From: the human T2T-CHM13v2.0 reference genome, Homo sapiens
DNA length: 64,000 bases
Assembly: GCF_009914755.1 (NCBI RefSeq)
Contig: NC_060925.1
Reading direction: 5' to 3' (one strand)
In this document: positions 28,650 to 41,365 of the stretch, piece by piece
Numbering within the stretch: position 1 is the first letter of the stretch
Layout of the letters: every line of letters begins with the position of its first letter
Made by a program: the position numbers and the translations under genes
Notes under the pieces: generated by a model
Databases searched by the model: none
Seen by the model: the letters and a program-made list of their open reading frames with translations, nothing else
Told to the model about the DNA's origin: nothing

Positions 28650-29460
28650 TCTGCAACCGCAGACTCCGAGCTAGATCCAACCTGTTTCCCGGCTTTCGCC
28701 CTGAAGCCAGAGCGCCCCTGAACGTTTGTCTAAACCAATGGTTCTCAAGCCCCCCGCGCCCCCCGGTGACTTTTTGCCCCTGATATGGCATTTGGCAATG
28801 TGTGGACACATTTTTGGGTTGTCGTGGCTGTGGGAGGGGAGGGAGAGCTTCCTGGCATCTGTGTAGAGAGGCGAGGCTTGTTGCTAACACCCTCCAGTGC
28901 GCAGGACAGCCCCAGCCCCAGCCCCAGCCCCAGCGAAGATCTGGTCCACAATGTCGGTGAGAAACCCTGCCCTAAAGGAAAGTCCTAAACAGCCCCAGGA
29001 ACAAATAGAAGATGGCTTTGATAAGGATGTTCAGAAACAATAGTGATCACTCAAAAATAACTTGCAGGTTCTGCTTCTTTGGGGAGTGCCAAATGCCATT
29101 CTTTGGGGGAATGCCAAATAATGTCTAAGCGGATCTTGACTCATCACTTCAGCTGCTCCCACCGCTGACTGTGCCAGGTTGGGAGGTGTGCGTATATGTG
29201 CACTTGACAGCACAGGGCAGCTGAGAGGAGAGTCTGGCCCCCATTAGCGTCCAGGTCCTGTAGGACATACTTACCTTTGTCTGTCTGAAGAAATCATCCT
29301 TCCTGTTCTGTGGAAATGTTCTCCGCCCGCAAACTATTCGTGATATTGTAAACCTAGTTTTGCAAAAGCATAATCTGTCGCTGATACTGCTGGGCCTTGT
29401 AGGAGGAGCAGGTACTTCTTCCCTGGCTCAGAGCACTTCTCATATTCCAGAGTGGTTCTC
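28650..29460. promoter_or_regulatory. Candidate intronic enhancer / antisense promoter
   Basis: Local CpG retention; AP-1 TGACTCA 29137-29143; NFI-like/TEAD TTGGGGGAATGCCAA 29103-29117; ETS-like CTTCCTG ~29299; GC box CTCCGCCC 29321-29328; minus-strand AAG|GTAAGT donor. Confidence 0.5.
28736..28969 (+). mobile_element. MER20 (hAT-Charlie) DNA transposon
   Basis: Termini caatggttctcaa / tgagaaaccctg; core catttggcaatgtgtggacacatttttgggttgtc; hAT-type flanks gtctaaac/ccctaaag. Confidence 0.88.
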
Positions 29461-30007
29461 AGAGTCCACTGACCTCATCTACCTAACAGGCATTCTGTTT
29501 GGGAGGGGCCACCTCCTCTGGAATTGGGAATGTTTCCTGAAGCATGCCCTGAATCACCCCATCTTAGAAAACCATAGGCATTTATCCATGCCTTACCCAA
29601 AACAGAGATTGCCTCCAAGCCAAAGTGAGCCCAGCATTCATAAAACATTAACCTCTCTATAAATCAAGCTGCTCCACTGTTTCTTACAATGTAATTCTTG
29701 TTCAGCAGAACATAGAGCTTGGGAATTAAGATCAGCCTTAGTCAGTGGAATCAGTTTTTGATCTACAGCACGGATATCCTCCCCTTTCCTTCACACAGAC
29801 CCTACTGTGAATATCTAAGGACTCCTGAATGACGAGCCTAAAGTCAATTTATAGCTATGGCAGGAAATATGAAACAATCTCTAAATGTTCTTCAAGCTAT
29901 AGGTTTCACCAAAGACCAGAGCATGCATCTTCTTCCCAGTAGTAGTTGTTTTAAAATCCATAGTGGGAAAAGATCTAGAAATCATATGCAGCCACAAAGC
30001 TGGGATT

Positions 30008-30089
30008 TGGATTTACCAGTGAATTTACCAGTGGATTTACCAGCAGAGTAAATTTGGATTTACCAGTGGATTTACCAGCAGAGCTAATT
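30008..30089. repeat. Nested minisatellite: five copies of 12-bp TGGATTTACCAG within a 35-bp higher-order duplication
   Basis: Units start at 30008, 30020, 30032, 30055, 30067. Confidence 0.9.
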
Positions 30090-30317
30090 CAAGGACTTCT
30101 TTAGAGGAGAGAAAAGAAAGCAGGGTATAGCCACGTGAATGGCAAAAAGTTGTTACGGTGACCTTGCTGGCCTCAGTTGAAAGTAGTACTGTGCTCCTGA
30201 AATTTAATGATAGTAATAAACCATTATCACTTATGGCGCGATATGTCTATGGGTTGGGCACTATACCAAGTACTTTCCAAGTACTCTCACTCCGTGCTCA
30301 AAATACCACCAGGAAAT

Positions 30318-30380
30318 AGGTATTCTAGATAAGGAATCTAAAACTCCTCCAGGTATTCCAGATAAGGAATCTAAAACTCC
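30318..30380. repeat. 33-bp-period tandem duplication inside a MIR
   Basis: aggtattc(t/c)agataaggaatctaaaactcc x2. Confidence 0.9.
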
Positions 30381-30732
30381 AGGAAGCCAAATAACTTGTC
30401 CAGGGTTACCCACAAAGGGGTAAAGCTGGGATCTGAACCTGGGAAGGTTAACACTGAGGCCCAGTAGATATTTTAAATGTGCTAAGAGAGTTTGCTCTTG
30501 AAATGAAATCTGAAATAGATCCTTTTGAGATAACAAAGACCCTTGTCTCTTTTATAAAGTTTAAATTTTTGGTGAAGTAGGATTCTATAATGTGATACTA
30601 AAAGCTTTGTGTGGTTTCATCAACGTGCTGAGTTTGGTTTGCATCACAAAGTCATATGGTAGGAAAACTACGGATTTTTAGAGTCCCATGTGTTTAGGTT
30701 TATATTCTCCTTCTACTAATTTTGAGCTCTGA

Positions 30733-31074
<342 letters not shown>

Positions 31075-31365
31075 TAAACCTCAGTTTTCACATCCACAAA
31101 GTGGGATGAGTATTATAGCATATGTCAGGTGTCTTGGAAATTGCCTACCAATGGTCACTGTAATTATCACCGTTGGTGTTATTTAGAAGTTAAATGTGTG
31201 TTTTTGATTTTGATTTTTGTATATTTTAAATTATGGTGGGTACTTGATTTTGGCATTTGTTTTATGTAATGCCAAAGGCCAAGCATAAAGAAACATGGCT
31301 TGTTGAACCATGGTTCATGCTTAGGAAAACATTGGTGTAAAGCATGTTTGTGTTTGAAACTTTAG

Positions 31366-31531
31366 GAGCTGCCCAGGTTATGGAAGGCGGCCAAGTGGAA
31401 TATAAGCCCCTTTCGGGCATTCGGTACATGTGGTCGTACCATTTAATTGGCCTCATCTGGACTAGTGAATTCATCCTTGCGTGCCAGCAAATGACTATAG
31501 CTGGGGCAGTGGTTACTTGTTATTTCAACAG
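31366..31531 (+). CDS. SLC44A3: SLC44A3 coding exon (probably exon 10), 166 nt, phase 1 to 2
   Basis: ctttag|GAGCT ... TTCAACAG|gtaggt; (G)[54 protein letters not shown](R). Confidence 0.97.
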
Positions 31532-31662
31532 GTAGGTCCAGTGTTTTTTTTCTATTGGTTTGTCTATGTGGTTTATCTATGTGCTTCATGTTAATATCTC
31601 AAAAGATATTTGGGAATGTTGACCTAGCCCCTTAAAAGAAGTTGGCAAGAATAAAAGAGTAA

Positions 31663-32142
<480 letters not shown>

Positions 32143-32610
32143 GCCATTCTTTTAATATTAAAAAAAGGAAGGGTGGAACTCCCCTATGAATATCCATCCT
32201 AATTGACTTCAGACAAAAAAATTACTGGTCTATTTTGAATATACTTCAGTAAATTCTGTGAGCCTCAGTTTGTCCTCTGCAAAATCAGATAACATTTGCT
32301 TGGGGAAAAAAATTAATCCTAAAGGAATTGTATGTAATTACAAAATATAATTTATATTATAGTTAAGAACCAGTGAATTAGTTACACACTTCTCTGCTTA
32401 TATCCCTATCACATCATGAAAGCAATTGAGGACACACACAAACACACACACCCCTGAACGCTTTACCTCTTCTGTGTGTGTGACTCACCCCAGGGCAGTG
32501 AGAGCCCTCAGGACAGAGGAACCCAGCCAGGGCAATGGCAGGACTGGGCTCAGAAAGAGAAGTTTACTCTTCATAGGGCTGATCCTCCTCCAGCCTCTCA
32601 GACCAAATGA

Positions 32611-33024
<414 letters not shown>

Positions 33025-33289
33025 ACCACTGTGGGTTTTTAATGTAGTGGTGCAGTTCCGGAGCCTCCATCATTAGAGACTCCAGAGGACTCACAGAGGG
33101 GCTGTTGCCCTTGGCATTGAGAACCTCCAAGCAGCCGGGGGTGGGTTGTGTGTATTGCTTCCTCCCAGGTAGGGGAGCAAAGAGAGTATTCTAACCAAAT
33201 TTGCCAGCAGGTAATATTTGCCTGACAGTAATTTTGTGTTATCTTAGAATAACAAAATCAAAGCATTTTCAATGAGGACTTCTAATTTG

Positions 33290-35562
33290 GACTTCCAGTG
33301 AAGCATATGCATTTATCTCCTAATCTCTTCCCTTTCTCCAGCCACTCAAAAAATCATGAAAGATTGAAACAGGCACAAACACACCAGGACAGTAAGAAAC
33401 AGAGAGGCAATGACAGCAGATAAGAAACACCAACCAAATGGTGAGAGCCAAAGAGAGGGAGGTGGAGCAGTGCCCTAAGCCCGCTGGAGAAAGCAGAAGC
33501 AGCCTGTCCGTGTGTGTTGGCTGCATGAGGAGGACAAATAAGATGCAGCCTGAAGTGAGCCACAGAATCCCAGAGAGGCTCAGGAATTCAAGTATAAAAA
33601 GTATTTCCAAAGATTAGCTGAAAGCCTTCCTCAGGAGTAGTTAGACCCCCAAATTCCACACCAGCTGAAGACAGGAAAATTTGTTCTCCAGAGAGGGAAA
33701 GCAGAGAGGGCCTGGACTTGGGGTATCAGGTACAGCTGAGGCTGGGGGCAAGTCTCTGTACTGAAAGCAGGGGGAGTAAGTGAAAGCCTAAACACTGAAA
33801 TGAGGTCCCCCACATACACCAGCACCCCACATTCCACAGTTCAGCTCCCAGAATGTTGGCAGCTCATTTGATATTCCCTAGGAAGAGGTTAGAGGATGCT
33901 TTTGTGGAGAAACTGCCTAACCCAAAGTAAAGACCTACAGATAGTGCCATATGGGGTCCCCCAATGAAATGGATTCCCTGACTCCTAGCAAAACAGTGAA
34001 GCTCATCAGACAACAAGCAACATGCCTCACACAGAGCTTCCAGGTCATTCTGGAGAGCCTCACTCTTCAATTTGAACTGTTTACCAGTGATTATTAAACA
34101 TGATGAATGCCTCTAAGTGAAAGAAGAGATCAAAATGAACAAATAAAATGAGCTTAGGGAAAACGGAGACAATGCAGGCTGCAAAAGGAAACAACAAAGC
34201 AAACTATAATATTATCAGAGAGAACAAAGATGTATTGCTAGGATCCCCTCCCACCAACAAAAGAAGGGCATAGTGAGAAAACAAGACTCTTGAGTAATTA
34301 AAAGTATGATTACAAAAGTGAACATTTTCTATTGAAGGATTAAAATATAAAGTGGAAGCACTCTTTCAGAAGGTAGAATAAAAAGACAAAGAGACACAAA
34401 ATAAGAGAGAAAGGATTAAAAGAGGATAAATTTGGGAGACCCACTATCTGATTAATATGAGCCCAGAAATACAGAACAAAGAAAAGAAGAAAGAGAGGAA
34501 ATTAACAAAGAAAATTTGCCAGGGCTGGAGGACACAAGTAAAAAGAAGATTCCAGAAGCTTCCCGAGGGAAAAAAGATCACAGGCAAAGGATCAAGGACC
34601 CAGAATAGGATCTGACTTTCACCAGCAACTCTGAACCAGAAAAACAGTGAAGGAAGGCTGTAGAAGTCTAGTGAAAGATTATTTCCAACCTAGAATTGTA
34701 TAGCCAGTCTATACCTAGTATAGAGTTGTATACCTATTCTTACTACCAGTCAAGGGTAAAGAAGAACAAAGTCATGCACAGGCAGTCCCAAGATTTCCCT
34801 GCCCTCATCCTTTCTAGCAGGGATGTTCCCCACTGAAACTCATGTGTAAGCCAGAGAGGAAAACATGAGTTTCAGAAAACAGGCTTGAGCAGAGCAGAGC
34901 AAGGAATTCCCAGGAGGGTAGCTGCGCAGCAGGCGTGGAAAGCGTCCAGTCCAAGGTAGACAATGGGCTCCAGGAGAGATGTCACCATGAAAAGAAAATG
35001 GAACTGAGGGAATACCAGGTGTGTTCGAACACGTTAAGAAAAGCATTACACGTTGGTGAAGCGTTCGGTGAGGCCCATGGAAATCCAAGCTAATAAAAAA
35101 ATGTGAAACAATTAACTTCAGAAAAAAAAAGTTGTACAGGAAGGGAATCTAATTGGAATATGCTACTTAGATCAGTTGTGAATATTATTTACAGCACATA
35201 TTATTTATGTATGAATAACAAACACTAAGCATTAACTAAAAGCTTTGATGTAATTACATTGGAAGAATGGGAACATGAGTGTGAGGAGATTGGGGGAGTT
35301 AGGCTATGTAAGAAAATAAAACCAGAATCTTTCATAGTAGAAAAGTCAGTAGACAATATCTGAAGCCAAAAAACCAAGAAATAGCAGTAAGAACATGTAA
35401 TTTTGAGGTGTGGAAGTGAGTTCTCTAATAACAACTAAAATATTATCTCAGGGAGAGAGAATTATGAATGGGGGAAGAAAACTGCTGTTTTTCCTATTAA
35501 GCCTAGCAGTGATTTTTGGCTTTGTAAGACACTTTACATATTACTTTGATTAAAAAAAATTA
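33290..35562 (+). mobile_element. HAL1 (half-L1, ORF1-only) element, near complete and decayed
   Basis: ORF1-like A-rich remnant (aaaggatcaag...gactttcaccagcaactctg...tttccaacctagaattgtatagccag) running directly into a HAL1-type 3' end (atctttcatagtag...actgctgtttttc...tattactttgattaaaaaaaa) with no ORF2 sequence; 5' boundary approximate. Confidence 0.7.
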
Positions 35563-35959
35563 ATTTATAATATAACACACAATGATTTATTTTTAGCACA
35601 ACTATTGCATTTATTAAAGAGCTCTGCTTCCTTTTTGATTTTCTGCCTAATTTTGAAACCTCAAGATTTTTCCTAATCTTCAAAGTTCACAATTCTTCGT
35701 ATCCTTTTCTGGCCTGCACTCAGGGTGAGGATTAAATATAGCCAGGGTGCATTCATCTTTGTCATTCATTTATGCACTACGAGGGCTGAAGAGTTCATAC
35801 AAATACCATCAGGTACCAGGATATGGGCAATCTGTAGAATTTACTTTTTACAACCATTTGCTTGAAGAAGGATCAACTGAGAGCCATAAAGGTGGTGTTA
35901 GGGATGTGATAGGAAGGAGCTAGAACCCTTCAGGGTGGTGGAGGGACACTTGAGGTGTG

Positions 35960-36100
35960 ACTTCATCATCATTTTCAAATATACAAAAGAGGGTTTCCAG
36001 CTGCTCTATATCTACAGATGGAGAAGAGGAAATGGATTCATAGCAGAGCCTAAGGAATTTAGGTAGAGATAGATGAATTTCCTAACCTAGCAAGAGTTAC
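35960..36100 (+). mobile_element. L3/CR1 fragment
   Basis: attttcaaatatac...gaggaaatggatt...aatttaggtagagatagatgaatttcctaac. Confidence 0.45.
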
Positions 36101-38777
36101 CCAGGCCAGCTAAAGAATCCTCTTCTTTCTAATAAAGACGATTTTCATTTTCTGTAGAATAGGAAAGAAACATACAACCTTCTCAGCCCTCCAAACCCCA
36201 TCTTGCAGTGATTTTGTTGTAAGAAATACTGGAAGAGACATGGTCTCTACAGGGACCACACAGTCCTTTGCTGGGACCAGCTTTACGTTGGAGGCCATTT
36301 GTCCCATGCAGCCCACACCTAGTCCAGGAGCCTCAGCACAAAATTAATTCTCCATAATGTCAGAAGAGTTTTTAGTGAGCACGAGGCTGGATCTAACTAG
36401 AGCCAAAGCTTGTCTCTAGGACCATGATGCGGCTTGCCTGGCTGTATGCACTCTGTTGTCTGATGGGAGTAGAAATTACAAAACAGTACTTTGTACCATG
36501 ACCCAAAGGTGTTAGAGGACTTGGATGGATGGGACCATTAAACCCTTTGCCCCACAGCTTGGATTGATGTGGTATTTTGGGCAACTGGCTTCGTTGTTCT
36601 GGGAGCCAGGCACCATTAGCACTCAAAGCAGCCACACATCCAAAGGAAGGGGGAAGCTGGGCTTCATGGGGCATATGCTAGAGTCGCCTTACCCTCTAAC
36701 ACTGCCCGTGTCTTCCTTATTGCCACTACCCACAGAATTGGGGTGGATGTGGTCCAGTGGGAAGATCTAGAGAGAGATGAGGAAGGCTGACTGGGGGCCC
36801 AGTCCTCCCCAGCCTCCTAATACACTCATCGCTGGGTTGCCCCATATGCTCAACACTGGAATGTTGTCCCCCAGGTCAATTCTTAAAATATGAATAAGTC
36901 CAGAGGTAAGTATTATATTTAGCATCACTGGGTGTGTCAGATCCTCTTCCTGAAGGCAGGTTTGGCTGGTTGTGAGGGAGACAGAGCTGGAGGCACTAGC
37001 CCCACACACAGCAGGGGAGAGGTGGTAGGATGACGTTACCTTTGAACATGGAAATGAGTCTGAGACTAGGTGGGGGCCTCAGAGACACACCACTTCATTA
37101 GCCTTTTTTTTCTGTAGGGCTGTTTCTAGTTTTGAGGGCAGGTATTGAGTGACTCCTGGCTCCAAGAGCTGGCTTGGGTTGAAAGGGCCCTCTTTTTAAG
37201 TTCCGTCTCCCATCACGTGATAACCCAGCTTCTGGAACCTCTGCATCTTCTTCCAGCCAAGCCAGGCAGAGCCTCCAGCCATAACCAGGATGTGTTACAG
37301 ACTAGGGAAGCTGAGGCAGTGCAGGTACTCCTCTGCCTGAAGTGGTTAACCCCATCACAGTGAAACCTCAGAAAGCTGATGCCTAACCCCAAACTCTAAT
37401 ACCTGGAGGGCTAACCCCAAGGCCCTCATTCACAGAGGCCTATGAATCATGTGTTTCCCTACCAGATGGAAAGCAGGTGTTGTCCTCTTCTCCCTGCCTC
37501 CCCTCTTGAGCACCATAATAAGTTCTAAGGCACACAAATCTCCTCAATGGAAAAGTAAACATTCTTCCTTAAAAAAAAAGAAAAATGAGGGAAGGGAAAA
37601 AAAAGTGTGTCAGATTTTCCTGGCCTACACTACTCTTCTAGTTTATCAGATCTAAATGAATTCCTATTAGCAATAGCTTCCGTGGTTTTTCCTACTTTAA
37701 ATAACACTGTGTTGAAACACACATCCTTTTTTTTTGTGGGACAACTGGGTTGCAGTTTTTCAGCTCCCAATATTACTTTCATGTTCTCTTTTTCTTCCTG
37801 GCTGATTTGAGTAACAGCAAAATGCAGCCATTGCCAACTCTTGAAACATTTCTGGCTGCCTTCCTTTTCCTCTCTCAAAACCTAGGCTGCTGTCAAAACC
37901 TTAATTCATAGTGTCTTATTAGCAACCAGAGCAAGTTGTAGAATAATCCATTATAAAGAAACCAAGCTTCACTTGGAATCTGTGAAGTTGCTTCTCAGAA
38001 AGACCTTATTTTCTAGAACTGGCTTCAGCGGGAATTCAAAGGGTCACCCGTGGGGTGGCATCAGCCCCCACTCCTTTGTTTTATCTTTCAGGGTTAGGGG
38101 AGAGTGATGGCTGTGCCCATTCTGTTCTTTCTCACTTTTTTTTCCCTGCCTGTGAAACTGACTTGTACACATTCTTGGGAGCTGCGTCATGACAAGTCCC
38201 GTAAATGATTCACACTGAAGTGACCTTTAAAGAGCAGAGTAGAAACCAGCAGGATTTGGGGAGCCTAGAGCTGTGTAGGAGCCAAGCACCCAGGGCTCTC
38301 TGTCCCTTTCCTGTAAGTGGGAGCTCACTATTACCTCTCTGGCCACTGATCCTGGTCATGTGATTTGGTGATGATTTTTAATCACCAGGTGAATGCTGGC
38401 AATATTTATGTATACTCCTGTGTAAGTTAAACCTTGGAGATTGTGCCGCAATTAAAATTCTGAAAGTGAAAATGAGATGAATAGGCACCCTAAAGGGTTG
38501 GTGGATGGGCTCTGCATTATGAAGAGGGAAACTTTTTTAACTCATCAATTTTTTTAAATTTTTTCTGTTTTATTTGTAGCATTAAGTGGCACCAAAACGA
38601 ATTAAATTAATACAAGAAACAATTTAACCGAAGCTACCAAGGAGTATAAAAAGTTCGCCAAATGCTTATTATGTCACAACTTTCTAAGTTGTTAGTACCA
38701 CAGATGATTGGAACCAGAGAGCTTTTGCTGCTTTATAAAAAGTGTTTTTAAAATGCTATCCTTTTCCCTATTTCCAG

Positions 38778-38934
38778 AAGTAAAAATGATCCTCCTGATC
38801 ATCCCATCCTTTCGTCTCTCTCCATTCTCTTCTTCTACCATCAAGGAACCATTGTGAAAGGGTCATTTTTAATCTCTGTGGTGAGGATTCCGAGAATCAT
38901 TGTCATGTACATGCAAAACGCACTGAAAGAACAG
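38778..38934 (+). CDS. SLC44A3: SLC44A3 coding exon (probably exon 11), 157 nt, phase 2 to 0
   Basis: tttccag|AAGTAAA ... GAACAG|gtaagg; (R)SKNDPPDHPILSSLSILFFYHQGTIVKGSFLISVVRIPRIIVMYMQNALKEQ, with the CTL 'YHxG..xxGS' motif. Confidence 0.97.
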
Positions 38935-39453
38935 GTAAGGCTACCTCCTGATACACAGCACGTTCTGTGTTTGGGTTGCCAGAAACTTAATTACTGGAAA
39001 ACTACAGCAGGTCCCAGGACAGAAATGTGACCTGTGACAGCGGGCCGTGCAGAAAGCTCCTGCACTCCTCAGCTCCCATCCCCCGCCTCTCCCAGCAAAA
39101 CTTTTATTTTCCCAGAGTCTGTGTTTTGTTTATGGTTTTGTTTATTGGGTTTTCTCCAACTCGGTGGAGATGGCGTGGGGAGGGAGTAGTTCTGAGTTAG
39201 CTGATTTTCCTTCTTATGTAAATGCCAAACAGACGGGATGAACTCTTAAGGTGAAATTTAAACAAGTTTTTTTGTGAACATTTATCATGCCTTTTTAAGT
39301 AAAAAAATATACCATAAGATAGGAATAATATTTGTTCATTTCTGTTTTGATGCTAAAATATTGCCTGCCTTTTGTGTTTCCTAGAGACAGTCATGGGAAA
39401 TTCCTGGTGTGTGTGAGGAAGAACGAGGGAGAAAAGGAGAGGGTTTGAATGAG

Positions 39454-39492
39454 AGTGTGTATGTGTGTGTACATGCGTGTGTACACATGCGC
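39454..39492. repeat. Alternating purine-pyrimidine (TG/CA) tract
   Basis: gtgtgtatgtgtgtgtacatgcgtgtgtacacatgcgc. Confidence 0.85.
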
Positions 39493-41365
39493 TTGAGAGT
39501 GAGAAATGGGCAAGCTGACCTACATCTCAGCTCAAAGGACAGAGAACTGTAGGGCTTTTGTGCCTGGGGGATTTCTCCTCCTAGTTTTTATTTCCATGCA
39601 CATTTGGTTATGAATGCCAGTGGAAACCAGAACACCAGGAAAACAGCTGTTCTCATGGTATTTCTGGCCTGCCAAACAAGAGAAGATTGGACTTTTCCCA
39701 AGTCTTCTGTTCTCACACAATGTTAATCTCTTCCCCCGTCACCACCTTAGAGTTGGTGACTTGGTCAGTTTCACAAACTTACCTGATTCCAACCTTTTGA
39801 GTATAGCTATGTGTCCTTAGTAAATTCAGGACATTTTACCAATAGGTTTACATTGTATTTTGGAATTGTTTTCATTTACTTTTTAAAAAGATATCTGAAT
39901 TGTTGATATTTTAAAATCTATAACCAAGATTTAAAGTTAGTTTATCAATTAGAAGCAATTGATTGGATAACACATAAAATTATCTGGCTTCCTTATCTGG
40001 AAATGCATGCTAAGCAGTTGCCCCTGATTGTAGAATATTTTCTTGTATTTCTATTAATATTTTGCTTGGCCACATTTTGATGACTTGAAGAGGCATTTCC
40101 ATATCCAGGGCAAAACTAGCTACTTTTGGCTCCTGCATTTTGAAATCAATCCTTCAGTCTTAGGAAACTTGCAGGATTTCTTGAAGAACAGGACAGCGTT
40201 TTATTTTAAATCTATTTGTGATATGTGTGTGTGCGCATTGGTAATAGATAATCATAAATTAATGAGCAGCCGGGAGCTTGCTCTCCCTCCTAAAGCTAGG
40301 CATTTTAAACTCTCTGGGGAAACGGCCTTTCATAAATCTAAAAGAGAAGGCCCAAGGACCTCAGTGGAAGGCCCAAGGTCTCTCTGACTGAGGTCTAAAA
40401 GGTTATTTATCACTTCCCAGATCCCACAAGGACCAAGGGCCAAAATTGCTTTTAGTGATGTCACTATTGGGAAAATGTGTCCTTTCTTAGGTTAAAAAAA
40501 AATTTCTTCCTCAGCAGCCTTACTGCCCCACACTGTGTCTACAATTTAAATGTCTCACACAGCCACTGTGTGATTTTCCCTAGTTAAATAGGCTCATTCA
40601 CCAACACAGCCAGGCTGAAAAGTGTCCAGATCAAGTTTCATCCAATTGAATTCACATTGGGATGAGAAAATGTCCATATAAGGCTGAGTTATTCCTGGGG
40701 TCCTCATCCTAGGCTATTTCAGGATTGTTTTCAGGGATGTGTTCACTCTGGAGAGTGGGTAGGATGCCTCCGAGCACCCTTCCCCCAAGAGGTTCATTAA
40801 AGTATTCATTCTTAAGCTATGCACAAGTTCAAGTTATATTTCAAAGGAGTAATTTATCCCTCGAAATTTAGTCCTGAAAAAAATCTCACTACAGGATTTA
40901 TTTCCTCCAGAGTTAAACTTGATTCTTTATTTATGTGGGCACATAACTAGTACCTACAGTGTATTATTTGTTTTTTTTGTTTCTGGGATGTGGATTTTTC
41001 GTGAATATAAACTTTGGTTTGAAAAAGCAAAGTGTACCATTTCAGACACTTAAGGGCAGATGAAGGGGGAAGAGAGGTTTTTTTTTTTACTGGAACCAGA
41101 AGGCCTGCTTTTGTTTTGCTGTTCAGTATGGACTAACCTCCCTAATAGCACCCCTAACACGTAAGTCCACAAGACAGAAATGTTGCTCCTCAGTAATACT
41201 AGAACCATAATTAGTAGTAGTAGTATGCACACAATAGAACTTCTCCCACGCCACCAGTGTTTCCCCAGGTGCATAAGTAAAAACTGTGTTTCCTCAGAAA
41301 CTGCCTGCTTTTCTTCTTTCCTGTGTTGTTTTTGACTCTGTTTCTTTGTTCTCAACCTGATCCAG

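Noticed and set aside
30008-30089. Repeat-spacer look resembling a CRISPR array
   Set aside because: 12-bp units mostly abut one another, the spacers are themselves duplicated, the context is a human intron and there are no cas genes
37345-37420. Three TAACCCCA motifs resembling telomeric repeats
   Set aside because: Dispersed rather than tandem and not TAACCC arrays; not an interstitial telomere
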